A DNA stretch of 64,000 nt from contig NMRA01000040.1 in assembly GCA_002633005.1 (NCBI GenBank), positions 1,113,805 to 1,177,804 on the forward strand, read 5' to 3'. The notes under the pieces were generated by a model. It worked only from the letters and a program-made list of their open reading frames with translations. It did no database searches and had not been told where the DNA came from. Positions 48,801 to 61,845 of the stretch are shown here, in pieces (the first letter of the stretch is position 1; each line of letters opens with the position of its first letter). Position numbers and translations under genes: made by a program. This DNA comes from Phoronis australis (taxonomy: Eukaryota; Animalia; Phoronida).

Positions 48801-49497
48801 ATTTTAACATAAACAAAAGTACGCGTAACATTCCAAAAAAACTTAACGACCACTGTATACAAACGAATCACGAAGATATTACTAGTAAAACAAAATAATG
48901 AAGACTTTTCGAGCAAGCGATAGCACATTCAGTTACAAGAAAAAAATGGCGGTGTTCAGGACAAGTTCCTGAACTGACGAGCCGGAAATATGGATACGGA
49001 AATAACCGATGACAGCCAGTAATTATACGCTCACAGAAGGGTCAAATACTGTTAAAAATCGCTTTTGGCACGAAAGGCGAAAAAATATAAAGAAATGGTA
49101 TCGAAAATAAGATTTTATTTAGTAAGTATTTTCGGATACTGGAACTACATCGGCATTTTGGAACCAGGACTTAAATGTGAAGTGGAAGACTGACCATGAT
49201 TATTCGATAACTTCATTGACTGTGGTGTCTCCTAGTGGTAGTTATGATTTTTTGCGCTTATAGCCTCCTAGTGGCAATTTCACTTTTTTCGTTTACCTTA
49301 GTTTCTCAGAAGTTCCTTGACGAATTTTAATGAAATTTGGTCAATAGCTTTGATGACACATACCAGTTTTGGGATGGATTCAACGTATTTTGTGCCATCT
49401 AGTAGCCAATTTTATGTTCTAAATAAACACCTCTAGAGAAGCACACCATTTGTGGTGCATTTTTGGGTGCACTTCAACGCTTCACGTTACTCTTGTT
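45811..49497 (+). mobile_element. Helentron-type family A, full copy interrupted by a 2.5-kb insertion
   Basis: Starts ttttatgcgcccacatatttatatgtgg; ends gggtgcacttcaacgcttcacgttactcttgtt; core resumes after 49174. Confidence 0.78.
46662..49174. mobile_element. TTAA-flanked insertion with short imperfect TIR, superfamily unclear
   Basis: TTAA-GTCTTGGT ... ACCAGGAC-TTAA; host core atgtatgttct(ttaa)..tgtgaag is continuous across it. Confidence 0.65.
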
Positions 49498-49517
49498 TAC
49501 ATGAACTGTAATCTCAC

Positions 49518-51709
49518 CTATGTTCTCCACGACCGCTTGTAAGGTGTTGCAGCATCTTATTTGTCCAAACGAGCTTGCTGTTTAAATGTCCCGTGTCCTG
49601 TCTAAAAATCCTGCGATTGGTTTAAAAATAGGGACCAGTTTGTAAAAAAGGCGTCGTCATTGTTAATAAGGCCTTCACTTGTTCAAATTACGCTTGACAG
49701 CAACTGGCCATAGCTAAGTGGTCACTTGTAGAAAGCTTGATCACCACTGTCACTCAAGCGGCAGACCAGGCGTGTGTTCAGTAGACGCTAGGACCTAGCT
49801 AAAACCTAGTGGAAGTCACGTGTTCTTATTTAAAATACACGGCAATTTCTCACGTAATCTCGCGAAGTTTTGCTTTTTAGCGAGGTCCTAGCGTTACTGA
49901 ATGGGAGGCAGGCCCCTAGTCTATATCTGGTGTAATGGGGCCTGTCAATAATCTCTCAACCATCTTTTCAATTCATCTTAACCAACTAGTCAAAGTCAAT
50001 TGAATTTAAACAAAGGCCCAGTGCCACCTATAAGCCTAATCCACTACCTGCTCACTAGAGATGCAGTCTAGCACTAAAGTGGCTGATGGTTAGTCACCTT
50101 TTGTGTTTGGTGGACAACCCATTGAAAATCATTAGGCCTAAGGCTCAGTGGCTCTAACTTGTCAGCAAAGGCACCCTTACACATGAGTTTATATAAGGGC
50201 TGTCTTTTGGGTAGACAGTGAATCTTTTGGTGGCCAGAATTTTATTTTCATAGCACATTTTTCCATGGGCTCCACGACAGTGCTCTGATTTACTGTCACC
50301 AGTCTCTTGCATGGAAACGCTTTTGACAACTCTCATTAGTTGTTGTTTGTGGATTTCACACTTAGATGAGTATTATTGGTTACTTTTGGTGCCACTGGCC
50401 CATCGAGATTGACTGAGTTCATCTCATTGCCTTAGAAGGAATTTCCTTGGCAGCATAAACATTGTATCTGTGATGCATACTCCCTGTGAAAATCTGCCAT
50501 GCTGCTACTCAACATCGGTAGCAGCCGTGCACAACGTTTGCAGTTTCGGGGAGTAATTCCAAGACATGGGATAGCTAGTGACATCACTAGATAAAGTTAT
50601 AAATATATGTCTCACATTGAGAACTTGTAGCCAAAATCATGTGCTCTCATTGAAAAAATGGTAATCTTGCAGAGTCTTGTTTACCTAGCGTGATCCTTAC
50701 GTTATTGAACTCTATCCTGGCTTCCGTTACCGATTGACATGCGCATTCTACATGCTTAGTAATGTTGTCTGCTGCGGGAAGGCGTAGAAGGACTGCTAAG
50801 GATTATTTTTTAAAAACTGAGAGATGTTTCAGATACTAACGTTGGCTCAGATGCAGATACGACACATAATCCAGATCCGGATTGTGGTGATACTGTCGGG
50901 CTCAATCAATGAATTGCAAATATCCGTGCCATGACAGTAGACTGAATTTTTGCCGACAACATCTGACATCGGCATTCTTACAATTTGCTCCAACTTGAGA
51001 ATAGATGGTTCTCAGCTGGAAGAATGAGTTTGTGACAATCCTGAAGTTTATGGAAATTCCATAGTTGCAAGCGTTAGACAATTCAGTTTATATCTTTCTA
51101 GAAATATTGGTTTTCATCAACAGGCCTAACATTCCCGTCCAAGCAAATGGAAAACGCACGTGAATCGTTTTATTTACCTGATTTGCATTCATGATAGAGG
51201 ACTCGCATATTGTGCAGTTTTTACAAGAATTCTGGTAGTGCAGAAGTTTAATGTACCAACTTCAGAACATCAAATTCAGACAGACAATGCAGGCTGGGCT
51301 ATTGACTATAAGAATACGGTGCAAGACATTAGACTGAGAGAAAACGTACACGAGGCTATCAAGACATAAAAATGCGACAGGCTTTACAAAGACACTTCAC
51401 TTGGGCTGTCTACTTCATAGGAAAAGTTTACCTCTATCTTTAGTCTTTTTGGCCTTGGTCGACGTTGACATCACAAGTAGACCTATTGAGTAAAATATTT
51501 CCCCATACTGTTTCAAACAGGTATGTAGACTTCCATTTCACAGCCATTGACTAAACAAATAGTTTATGTGATTTGTTTGTAAATAAGTCCACCTTTTAAA
51601 AATAAAAAGTTGAACAAGCACAGTTATTTGTTTGCACTACTGTGCATGGGTAAAAATAAGGTGCATACTAGCCTATGGAGGAGGTTGACAGCAGATGTGG
51701 AGAACACTG
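49518..51709 (-). mobile_element. hAT-like element (CAGTGTTCTCCAC TIR, 5-bp TSD), inverted copy with nested insertions
   Basis: Reverse complement of 52411-52924; TSD ctcac/cccac; contains a palindromic MITE (~49770-49915) and a diverged copy (50481-51560) of the 6194-7230 repeat. Confidence 0.75.
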
Positions 51710-52410
51710 CCCACCATGTGGCAGGAGTGATTTGACAGCATAATTTAAGCAAAGAATTTAAAAAAAATGTGAAAATTTCAACACGCATTACTACTAATAG
51801 TAAACACTTAAGCAACCAGCCAGTCTCTGTATACGCATGAGTTAACGGATTGTCCCCTTGAAAGCCGCAGAGATCTATAATTATACATTTCAGAATATTT
51901 GACCTCTGGTATGTTGACAATCTTCTAAATACATATCACAATGTATTCATTGTTGGTATAAACTAATTCATTTACAACTGGCTCTTCATTATTTTAGTGA
52001 CACACTGCAAGATTATGGAATATAAACATGTTAGCTATGTTACGGCATCTCATCAGTGAAACCCAAAGTCTGCCAAATTTTCAACATTTACTTTTTGGCT
52101 TATAATCATAATGCATAATCGAGTTTTGTTGACATGTCTTCCAGTGACACTTGAAAGGGGACTGCAGAGAATCTAAGATTACAATGAGCTATGTTGACTT
52201 GGTTCAATTGCTCTTCAAATGAAAACTGGGGCCTATGTTGTGTCAACACAACCAAAAAACTCTGTTGTTATCTAGTTGGCTATCAAAGCCATACAGTGTT
52301 CGATTGTTGTTTGGTTTATTCATGTAACAAGTTGACCTATCCTCTCTAATTGTTCCTCCAGTAAGACATAATGTTGCCTGACGTCTTGTGCAGAGGGTTT
52401 GGAAGTACAT

Positions 52411-52924
52411 CAGTGTTCTCCACATCTGAAAATCTAAACAGGTCTCACGCGTTAAAACTGCAAGAAGCATGCGTTAACCGCACGGCGGTCAACGTTCTCT
52501 ATAGGCTAGTATGCGCCTTATATTTACCCATGACTAATGATCAGCGACATTAGTGCTGGACTGCATCTCTAGTGAGCAGGTAGTGGATTAGGCTTATAGG
52601 TGACACTGAGCCTTTGTTTAAATTCGTTTGACTTTGACTAGTTGGTCCAAATGAATTGAAAAGATGATTGAGAGATCATTTACAAGCCCCATTACACCAG
52701 AAATAGACTAGCCACCCAGCTTGAGTGAGATCGGTGATCAAGCTTTCGACAAGTGACTACTTAGCTATGGCCAGTTGCTGTCAAGCGTAATTTGAACCAG
52801 TGAAGGCCATATTAACGATGACGATGCCTTTCTACAAACTGGTACCTATTTTTATACCGGTCATGGATTTTTAAACAGGACGTGGGACACTGCGACACAT
52901 AAAAAGCAGTCGTGGAGAACACTG
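52411..52924 (+). mobile_element. hAT-like MITE with 5-bp TSD
   Basis: TACAT|CAGTGTTCTCCAC ... GTGGAGAACACTG|TACAT. Confidence 0.85.
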
Positions 52925-53277
52925 TACATGCACTTAACATTTCAATCTGTTGCCTTGGAATGTGGTTATCTCTATGAAAAAGTAAATGAATGAAAATCTG
53001 CTGTCATTGACATTGATCAAATTGATTTTGTTATGATAGAAAGGGACTTTTTCATGGAAGCTGTTTCCATAATTTATGAACCACTAACCTCTAATTCACT
53101 TAGTTTGCACCATCTTTCAACATTTTGGCCTACTAAAAGTACCCATTTAATTATTTTAAAACCTCAGTTTAGTGTCCTTTTGTGGTATCAAAACTAGAGA
53201 ATCTATTAAACGATGTAATAACATTGATCCTTATTTTTTATTTAAATGATTAGCATTTGGCTGCTGTTTTTTTTCAG

Positions 53278-53488
53278 GACAACAATTTCTCGTGCGTTGA
53301 AAGCTGTGAGTTCCTGAAACTGAGTATGACATTCAAACCTGGCACGTGTCCTGCTCCATTCAACATTAGTGGCTTTAAAGCTGCCTGTGTGCATGCCTGT
53401 AAGAAGGACAGTGACTGTGCAGATAACCGCAAGTGCTGTAAGAACACCTGTGGTAAAACTTGCGTGAAAGCTGAGGACAGGGAAGATG
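53278..53488 (+). CDS. ANOS1: Anosmin-1 exon 4, WAP domain (DNNFSCVESCEFLK...KPGTCPAP...GFKAACVHACKKDSDCADNRKCCKNTCGKTC)
   Basis: ttttcag| acceptor, |gtatgt donor; 211 nt, phase 0 to 1; SCEFLK + 8-Cys WAP with GFxAACV typical of anosmin. Confidence 0.95.
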
Positions 53489-53865
53489 GTATGTTGTCAC
53501 AGGATAGTATTCCACTCGCCTTGTGTGTATTTTACTCCATTTTTGTTTTTACTAGAGTTGATGTGGAAATAATTCAATTAAGAGCCTGAGTTTGAAGTCT
53601 ATGACTATGGTTACATGAGACTTCTTAGAGAAAGGTTTGCAATGTGTGTTAGGTAAGAAGTTGCTCAAAATTTCTTGTTTCCATTTGGCCATTGATTACG
53701 GATGTTAATCCCACCATTCGTGCATTCACAAACAATGCATGTAATTAATTGCTTGGTATTTGAGCAAAAGACCAAGTATCTGATGAAAAAAGTGATAAAC
53801 GTTTGATATTGCACCCTTGTAAGTACGTCTGTGAAGTGACTATGCCAGTTGAAATTTTTGTTTAG

Positions 53866-54032
53866 GATTACCTAAAGTGCCTTCCCAGTTGGTGGTGAGG
53901 AGTAACCACAATCAGGTGGAGTTGTCATGGCAACATAAATCAAATGACACTGTAGTGTACATAGTGCAGGCCAAGTCAGTGCGTAAGAAGACCATGCTCA
54001 ACAGCAATGACCAGTGGAAGTTGATGGTTCAG
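53866..54032 (+). CDS. ANOS1: Anosmin-1 exon 5, FnIII-1 N-half (LPKVPSQL...VELSW...VVYIVQ...QWKLMVQ)
   Basis: tttag| acceptor, |gtgagt donor; 167 nt, phase 1 to 0. Confidence 0.92.
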
Positions 54033-55684
54033 GTGAGTCCATCTGGCAGGACAACTTTGTGTGTTTCCAATAAGTGTTGCCTGCCTGGAAAAAATACACA
54101 TTTTCTGCTGCTTCGGGGAAGTAGTTTCATCAAGCATCCTTAAATGTGATTTTCAGGCCATAAGAGGAACTTCAGTGTAGTGCAACATGATCTTCAAAAA
54201 ATAATTTCAATGCTTGTTGCAGACATTTTGTCCCATCAGCTCCGCATCTTTTGGCCACATCACGTGGCAGGGCTCAACATTATGAAAATCGCCAGGTCGC
54301 ATTTTGCGACCAAAATCCCAGGTCACATTTTCAAAGTTCAGCTTGCATTCATAAATGTCAGGTCGCAAAATTTTCCCGCCATTTTTCCGATCCGAAATAG
54401 CTTTTTTGATCATTGAGAAAATGTTTAGATTATGCTCTTACCTGCGACATTAAATACTCACAAATTTCAGGTAGCAAAATTGAGTTCTTACATGCAGGTA
54501 CGGCGTTATTGTTCTTTATAACCGACATTCAAAGGCAGTTGGTGAGGTGAAAGTTGAATCAGTGCTCTCTAACCGGCACGTGCATTTGAGTACCTAAGTT
54601 TACAATGTGAAAAGGGAGAAAATATTCGTTGAAATAGCATCTGAGATTCTGCTAGGTCTGAGCTGCTACATGACTGTCATCAATGTCATTAAAGATCCAA
54701 AGAGCTCTGAGTGCAAACTCAATCCATTTTTTATTTGCAGCCCAAACTTTCCAACTTAACTCGACGTTTGAAAAGCATCCTGTCAAAAAAATTCCGTTGA
54801 ACGTTGCCCTAGCCGAGTGACACACATGTATGTGGATTCGCCGGTACAAATCGGTGCAAATTTCCTACAAAAATGTTGGACTTATGCTGTTTAAGTACCG
54901 AACAATTAGTTTTCCATAAAATGAAAAGCCTCAAAATAATTCCCTAATCGGTGTGGTTTTCATCGGGTAATTCAAGTTTGCTCCTCAATACCTTCCATGT
55001 AAGTGAAAAATAGGTCATTCACAAAATGACTCACTTGTCACTAGTCTCATTTTCTTTCGCAGGTATAAAACAAAGCTAGGATTGGTTTTTACATATTGAG
55101 AAAAGACGTTTTCTTTGAAAACTCAATTTATTATATAAATGAGAGTGACTCACTATACATAAGCTGCATGTCAATTTCAAACCACGTGTGGTCGTTTATT
55201 GTGCGCTATGGCCTGAACTTAACGCTTAATTGGAAATTCTCAAAAGTTGAGAGAGTACGCTTAGTAGGGTAGTGAGCACTTATTATGAAACACTTCGAGT
55301 GAGGACATACGGATCATCGGGTCTAGGGAATATCGGAACAGGAAAATATCAGTTCTGGGCTACATCAGTCCCAAGTCATAACATCGTAAACCATCAGGTC
55401 TTTCTTAACCGCCAGGAATCTAATAAGTTCATTGTCAAATAAACCATTTGGGTGCTTAAAAAGCCAAGCCGGTATATTCTTTCATTTGGGACGACTGTCG
55501 CTGTTCTCTTTTGATGTGCAGCTTTGGAGTGGTGCGTGAGTTCAGACTGGAATAGGCCTACACTTTACATTGGCAACAACATTTGACAGACGACTCGTAT
55601 GTTGCGCACGTAGCACCAGAAACAAGTAATTTGTTTTGAGAATTTCTTAGCGACTCAAAAACTTTTGCTCAATGTAAGGACGTG

Positions 55685-56446
55685 ACCGTCATATTTTCTG
55701 ACTACCTTGACTACTGTGGCACCTCCTAGTGGCAGTTTTTTTATGCCCATGGCTGTATCTCCTAAACCCGCCCCTGCATCTTTATTAAATTTAGCAAGTC
55801 TATTTATATGAAGTTGACAATGAACGACGTTGACTTTCAGGCGGATCCGACAAACACTGTGCCCCTAGAGGCAATTTCATTTTTTTCCGTTTGCTCTGTT
55901 TCTCCGAAGCTGTTTAGTGGTTTTTTATGAAACTTGGTAAATAGCTTTGTTTTGAAACGATGACATGTTCCTGTTTTCGGGTGGCTTCAACATATTTTGC
56001 GCCATTTAGTGGTCATTTTTTCTGTTTTCTAATTTTTTCTGTTTTCTAGTATGTTTTTGGCAACCGCCTCTCTATCAACCAAACCACTCCCATTCTAAAG
56101 ATGATTGTGAACATTAGCATGTATGTTCTTAGTCTGAAGAAACAGTTGGCGATAATTTTCCAACGACTTCGACTACTGTGGCACCTAGTAGCAGTTGTTT
56201 TTTTTGTGCCCGTAGCCTTCTAGTGGCAATTTCATTTTTCAGTTTTCTTCAGTTTCTCACAAGTTCCTTGACAGATTTGTATGGAGTTTGGTAAATAGCT
56301 TTGATGACATATGCCAGTTTTTGGATGGAATTGAAGTATTTTGCACCATCTAGTGGCCATTTTTATGATACAAATAAACACCTGTAGAAGCTTACGTTTT
56401 GCGGTGCACTTGTAGGTATATTTCAACGCTTGGCGTTGCTCTTGTT
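55685..56446 (+). mobile_element. Helentron-type family A, truncated copy
   Basis: Core repeats and terminus tttcaacgcttggcgttgctcttgtt. Confidence 0.72.
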
Positions 56447-57227
56447 ATATTTTTTGTTGTCAGTACTTCAGTAGTTGTAGTTTTGCCAGACAGGCGCCAG
56501 TTAATCTCTAACCCCTGATCACTACTTTGACTATTACATTCTGAACTGAGCAAACAGTACAGGTTTTGGATTAGTGCATAGTGTAAACAGGTTTGTGCTC
56601 CTGACAATAGCAACCAGGTTGACTGTCTCTGTAAACTTAAAGTCTTAGTGTTTCCTATTAATGATGAAAGGGCTTTTGTTGTCAGATTTATTCTTTGCCA
56701 CTTGTCATGATAGTAGTTATGAGTGAGGTGACCTTGGATATTTTCTTCAGTGGTCTTTACGTTAATTGAAATGTATTTTGGTTATGAATGTGAAACAGAG
56801 TTTGCAGTAAATGTTTTTATTAACATTGATGTTATCTGTCATGTTGAATGTTTCTGGTGTTGTAAACTCACTGCAGATTTGATTTATTCTGATGTAAACC
56901 TTTTGTATATGTGTTCTATCATAGTTTCTGCCAAATGTTCATTACCAAATGCTTTACTTAATAACCACCAAAGAAAATCTGAATTTTTGAAAATTTCAAG
57001 TGCTTTTTCAATGAGGCACTCCCATATTCAGATGCTTATGATATTTTAGACTCTTTTTGACAATTCTTTTAATTTGAGTTCTTTGTAAATTATTGCCATT
57101 AGTTCCTCATATGTGTACCAAACCTTTTGTTGCTTCCAAGAAGTTGGTTACATTTATTTTAGTTGAGATAATTTGAATATTTAGCCTTAAGTTTACTAAT
57201 TACGTTTTCATTGACCTTTGGTTACAG

Positions 57228-57351
57228 ACAATTTGGTCACCAGTTATTTTCAACAGTTTGCAGCATGGGTTGTTTTATCAGTTCAGAGTAGCTGCTGTTA
57301 GCATAAGAGGAAGCCGTGCATTTTCTAGTCCTTCACAGGTTTTTATACGAG
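57228..57351 (+). CDS. ANOS1: Anosmin-1 exon 6, FnIII-1 C-half (TIWSPVIFNSLQHGLFYQFRVAAVSIRGSRAFSSPSQVFIR)
   Basis: tacag| acceptor, |gtaagt donor; YQFRVAAV..GxRxFxxPS motif; 124 nt, phase 0 to 1; absent from the ORF track. Confidence 0.92.
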
Positions 57352-58479
57352 GTAAGTCTTACGTGTGATTTTCCTTTGAATTGAGTTGAACTTGGACATC
57401 CAAGTTGTACAACTGTTTAAACCATTAACTATATTGATCAGATATACGTTATTGCTCAATGTGGAATGTGCTTTAGCAAATTGCTTTAACAGTTTGATGG
57501 GATTTGAAAGTTGCCTGTTGATTATCGTGGAACTTGTGTGGCTCAAATTATGTAAATCAGATGAAGTGAACAGTTTTGGGTTTGTTGATTTTTGCTAGAA
57601 CTTTTGTCTTCTTGTTTTCAAAGTCACAATAGCTGAATTGTGTTGAACTGTTTTTGGAAAGTACTGAATTAAATGTCAATTTTTAGTAATTGCCTGGTTA
57701 GCATTTCTTTTTAGAAGTGAAACCAGCACTCTTTCCAGACCATGCCTTATTGTGACTGTCTGCTAAAATAAGTTGCACAATATTTCAAAGTAGTTTTATC
57801 TCAGTTGACCTATTAGCAAGCAGGTGTCCCTTTATGGTTCAATGACTCTGTTTGACAGTGGTTATAATGAACTATATTGAAAGTTACTTGAGCGAAACAC
57901 AACTGACATTGAGAAACTGGCTTCCCACTGGTCTTATATCAAAAACCACTTGTGTGGCTAGAAATGGTGGGCTAGCTGGCCCATGTTTTAAAATTAACTG
58001 AGATTTGATAGCTGGTGCCTGCATATTCCAATACAAGCTTTTAAATGGGCACTTAACTTGATGATTGATTGTACTTTGTCTGGACAATATCTTCTCATGG
58101 GTGGAGATGTTGTTGTCTGGTCTGGTCTGGTCTGCCTCTCCTGGTGTGCACCTGACCAGGTGTGAAACATGGGGCACTCCCATAGAAGAGACTGGTTGTG
58201 CCACTCTGGTGGATATCCTTTTCTTTATTAGTTCCTGTACGAAGCTTTTCCTTTCCAGCAAAATTCCCTACAAAGGAGGTTCTTTTTTTTGATTCTATTC
58301 CTTAAAAAAGTTCATTTTGGGACTTGGAAACTCTGTAAAGTACAGTTCTTTTCACATTTACATAAATCAATGGATTGATTTTTTTTTCACACTGTTTTCA
58401 ATTTTAAAACTCTGGTTTCAAAAGATGTACTCATATTTGACAGCATAACAGCATATAGCATCTCTTCTTGTACTGTTTC

Positions 58480-59540
58480 ATGATTAAGGTAATATGTCTG
58501 CCTTCATTACCTCAAACATGAATTTTTCCTCGAAATTTGCAAATTCTGTTCTATTCAGTTAACTGCTAAAGCATGTTTGGGATTTTTTTATGTTTGGTAT
58601 GTCCCTATCGACAAGTGTGTTTATTTAGCCAAATATCTAGAAAACTATATATTTCTGGATGTAGGAAGCCTGGTTGTAGAATTCAGTTTTGGGCATTTCT
58701 GTAATCTGCCACTTAGCAAAACAATGGTATCAGTTACAAGAATGAAATTCTTTTGATATGTATGTTCAAGATGAGATTTCAGAAATGCTTTTACAATTCT
58801 TTATATTATCATTTCGTTTTTATTTCTTATGTGTGCAACTTTTAGTATTTCCATTGAAATCATAAAAGTCCTATTTTTGTTAGCCTCTCATGTAAAAGTG
58901 GAACATGTTGAAAACAATTCCAGTGTTTTGGAAAACAGTATGTGTAGGTTTCATATGAATCCGATCAACCATTTCTGAGTTATCATGTTTCCAAGTTTGC
59001 CAAATTTGGACATTTTTCTCTGGGTCCTACATAATCTTAAGATTTTTTTAACCCTAGTGATTGTCTGTGAAAATCAAGACTTCCACTTTTTAAGTAATGA
59101 TGGTTTCTTCTTTGATTGTATCTACAAGTATTGCTATTTCTTTAAAATGTATGGTAATTTCTGTAGATTTAATAAGCAGCTAATGATAGACAGTTGAAGC
59201 TGCATTTCTCCCTATTAAGCTGGCTGAAAAATGAGAATCGAACTCGGCTTTTACTCTCAGAAAATCGGTCTCGCAATATTCCTTACCTTATTAGGATTCC
59301 ATTTTCTTTACCAACTCAAGTCAATTTTTGTATTTGTAATTTTAGGGTTGGCCAACCCCAATAAACTTTGAAGTGTTTTCTAGTCTCTGATGGTTTTGAT
59401 GTTCTTTTTGGTAATGGAAATAGATTACTGTTACAGTAAGGAGTATCAGGAGACCACTTTTAGTAATACCCATGATTTGATTTTTGATTTGTAGCCAACT
59501 AGGCCGGGCAAAATGCAGCTTTAAAAGAATTTGCCTCATT
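58480..59540 (-). mobile_element. Highly decayed LINE (APE endonuclease region)
   Basis: Minus-strand motifs in the expected order: DFNG (GDFN), VLLSGR (ILNGR), SFLDI (IDY), ADILP (SDHxP); many stops. Confidence 0.35.
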
Positions 59541-61219
59541 TTTGTTTGAAGTTGACCAAAGGAAATGAGTTAGCCATTTGTTTTTATTAAATAGTCGGCA
59601 TATTCTATAATCTGTACTGATGTTTCAATAATTTAAAGAATCAATTGTACTATTTGAATGTTATTTTTTCCCAGAAATATAGACTAACACTGTAATTTAA
59701 CTGCCATAATTTGCAGTAGATGGGCTGTGATTATAGGTTCACTGTGCTAAATGGGTGATTGTTGTGTTTGATAGGTCTGACATTATCTGTTGTTGAATAA
59801 TGTGACTGGTTTTAAAGGAAAATGTAATAGTCCACAGGTATTTGCTACCTGTGGTGCATTTTAGCACTTATCCTGTGAAACCTAATCCTGAGCACATAAA
59901 TGACTAAGTATTTATGACACAGTATCTTGCAGGCTTGCACTTTCACCCCTTTATTCCCCCAGCTCCTGCAACCTATAAACCAACAATAGGCCCCACTCAT
60001 CTAATTGTATGCCCACTTGGTGGAGAGGCTCTTGTCATGATTATTCCCAGTATTGTCTGAAAGCTGTGAGTGTAATTCACTGAAACATCTCTCTCACAAA
60101 GCTTTTCCAAGTATAAGCAGATCTCTTAGAGCTATAGTAATTGTAATTGTGAAGTGGATTTGCTAAAGATTGTCTGTGGTCAGAGTGGTAATATTGTTGA
60201 TGTAGGTTGTTGGCTCATGTGATTTGCACAGACAGTATTCACTTTATTAGAGAGAATAATTACTGTTTGGACTACAGTTCCCATTTACTTGCCTTTGTAT
60301 AAGAAAATAAGTGGGTTGATTGAAAATCAGTGATAGCTTCCATGTCTTGGTTTGGTATTACTCAATTGTTGTGATGGGCCCTGTTAGCTAACTGTGCTAA
60401 TTGCAAAGAAGTGATCATTATGGACAGCATATATTTTTTCTATAAGTTTTGAGCATAATTCATTTACTCACATGTGTACAAATTGACTGGTTGAAATTTC
60501 AAAATCTTGTAACCCTGACGTTGGTTAAATCAGAAAGTCACAACTTGGACAAAAATAGATGTGATGTAATTTCCAAACTACAGTAAAAGCAATACTTGAA
60601 GGCTGGTTAGTACATCACAGAGAGAAGCATCAAGATTTTGTAGTATGAGCTGATTTCCAAGTTCATTTGTCATGAAGTTGAATTGTCTGCCAAAGGACAT
60701 GATTTTTAATCCTCAATTTCATTGATGGTATGCATGCACTGTTAAAATGGAGTAGTTTTTAACTCATGTTTAAAATAGAGTAATTTACCAACCTAGGAGC
60801 AGATGAAACAATACGTTGCAATGGAATCTGGGTTGATCGTAAAAAATAACTCCTCTTTTAAAATTTCCATTTTGCCAAGAATACATTTTAGGGTCCTATC
60901 TCACTAAGGTAGTTTTGAGAACATGTGAGCTCATGTTAACATCTTCATAAAATGGGCTGAAAACAGGCAGCAGTGGGCATCTTTGGCCAGTAGCATGCCT
61001 GGAATGCTGCACGACTCAGATTGTGCCACACTTTGTTGGTTCCTGCTTGTTTGTATTCGGTTTTCAACTTAGATTATGTTGAGAACCAACTACCTTCATA
61101 TGACTACAATTGCTTTTGTGGCTCGATATGAACATTCATATTAACTATTGAAATTTTCTGTACTTCACCTAATTGGACACAGTTTACGTTGTTTGACAAT
61201 GTACTGTACCTGTTTACAG

Positions 61220-61347
61220 CCCCAGAGAGGCCAGGTCCTCCCATTGATCTTAAGGTAGAACGGGAACAGAGAACCGGTGATACAGTAGAAGTAGCTATAA
61301 GTTGGCAACCACCTAGCTTTTCTCCTGTTAATGTATCGAGATACAAG
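61220..61347 (+). CDS. ANOS1: Anosmin-1 exon 7, FnIII-2 start (PERPGPPIDLKV...VAISWQPPSFSPVNVSRYK)
   Basis: tttacag| acceptor, |gtaggt donor; 128 nt, phase 1 to 0. Confidence 0.9.
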
Positions 61348-61710
61348 GTAGGTTTTAATCCGTTCACACACACAACAGCTTATTTTAGGATTGCCGGAAA
61401 GTCATTTTCGAAAAAGAAGAACTGACAAAATTTTTCTAAGGCTTCTAAAATTGTTGTGGATACTCACAATTTCTCAAAATATTGTCTGCTAGGAGTTCTA
61501 ATATAATAAAACTTGAAAATAACTAAGCTTTTGTTAGTGAATTGAGTTCAGAAAACTCAATGTTACCATAAAGCAAGGGGAATGGTTATGTGATATTTTG
61601 TACACGGTTTGGGTTGGGGCCTATTTCTACATTTAGAAATTAAATTATACTCTTTTGTACTTTGTTTCTATCAGAAAGCTGAAATATGGTATATGTCCCT
61701 GTTTGGTCAG

Positions 61711-61845
61711 ATTTTTTGGAGCCGCCGACTCTCGGCAGTGAGCGAGGATCTTGTTTCACTGAGGGAACATAGTGATACAGTGCCAGGATCAAAGTTAACC
61801 TATACTATGAAAGGACTTCAGTTTGGGAACAATTACTTTGTACAG
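61711..61845 (+). CDS. ANOS1: Anosmin-1 exon 8, FnIII-2 middle (IFWSRRLS...MKGLQFGNNYFVQ)
   Basis: gtcag| acceptor, |gtaaag donor; 135 nt, phase 0-0; joins to give YK|IFWS like anosmin YKVFWS. Confidence 0.9.

Noticed and set aside
54154-55215. CAGGCCATA...TATGGCCTG TIR element
   Set aside because: Short TIR match without a supporting TSD or second copy
57884-58261. 125-aa minus-strand ORF as a nested gene
   Set aside because: No recognisable domain or splice structure; adjacent to decayed LINE-like sequence
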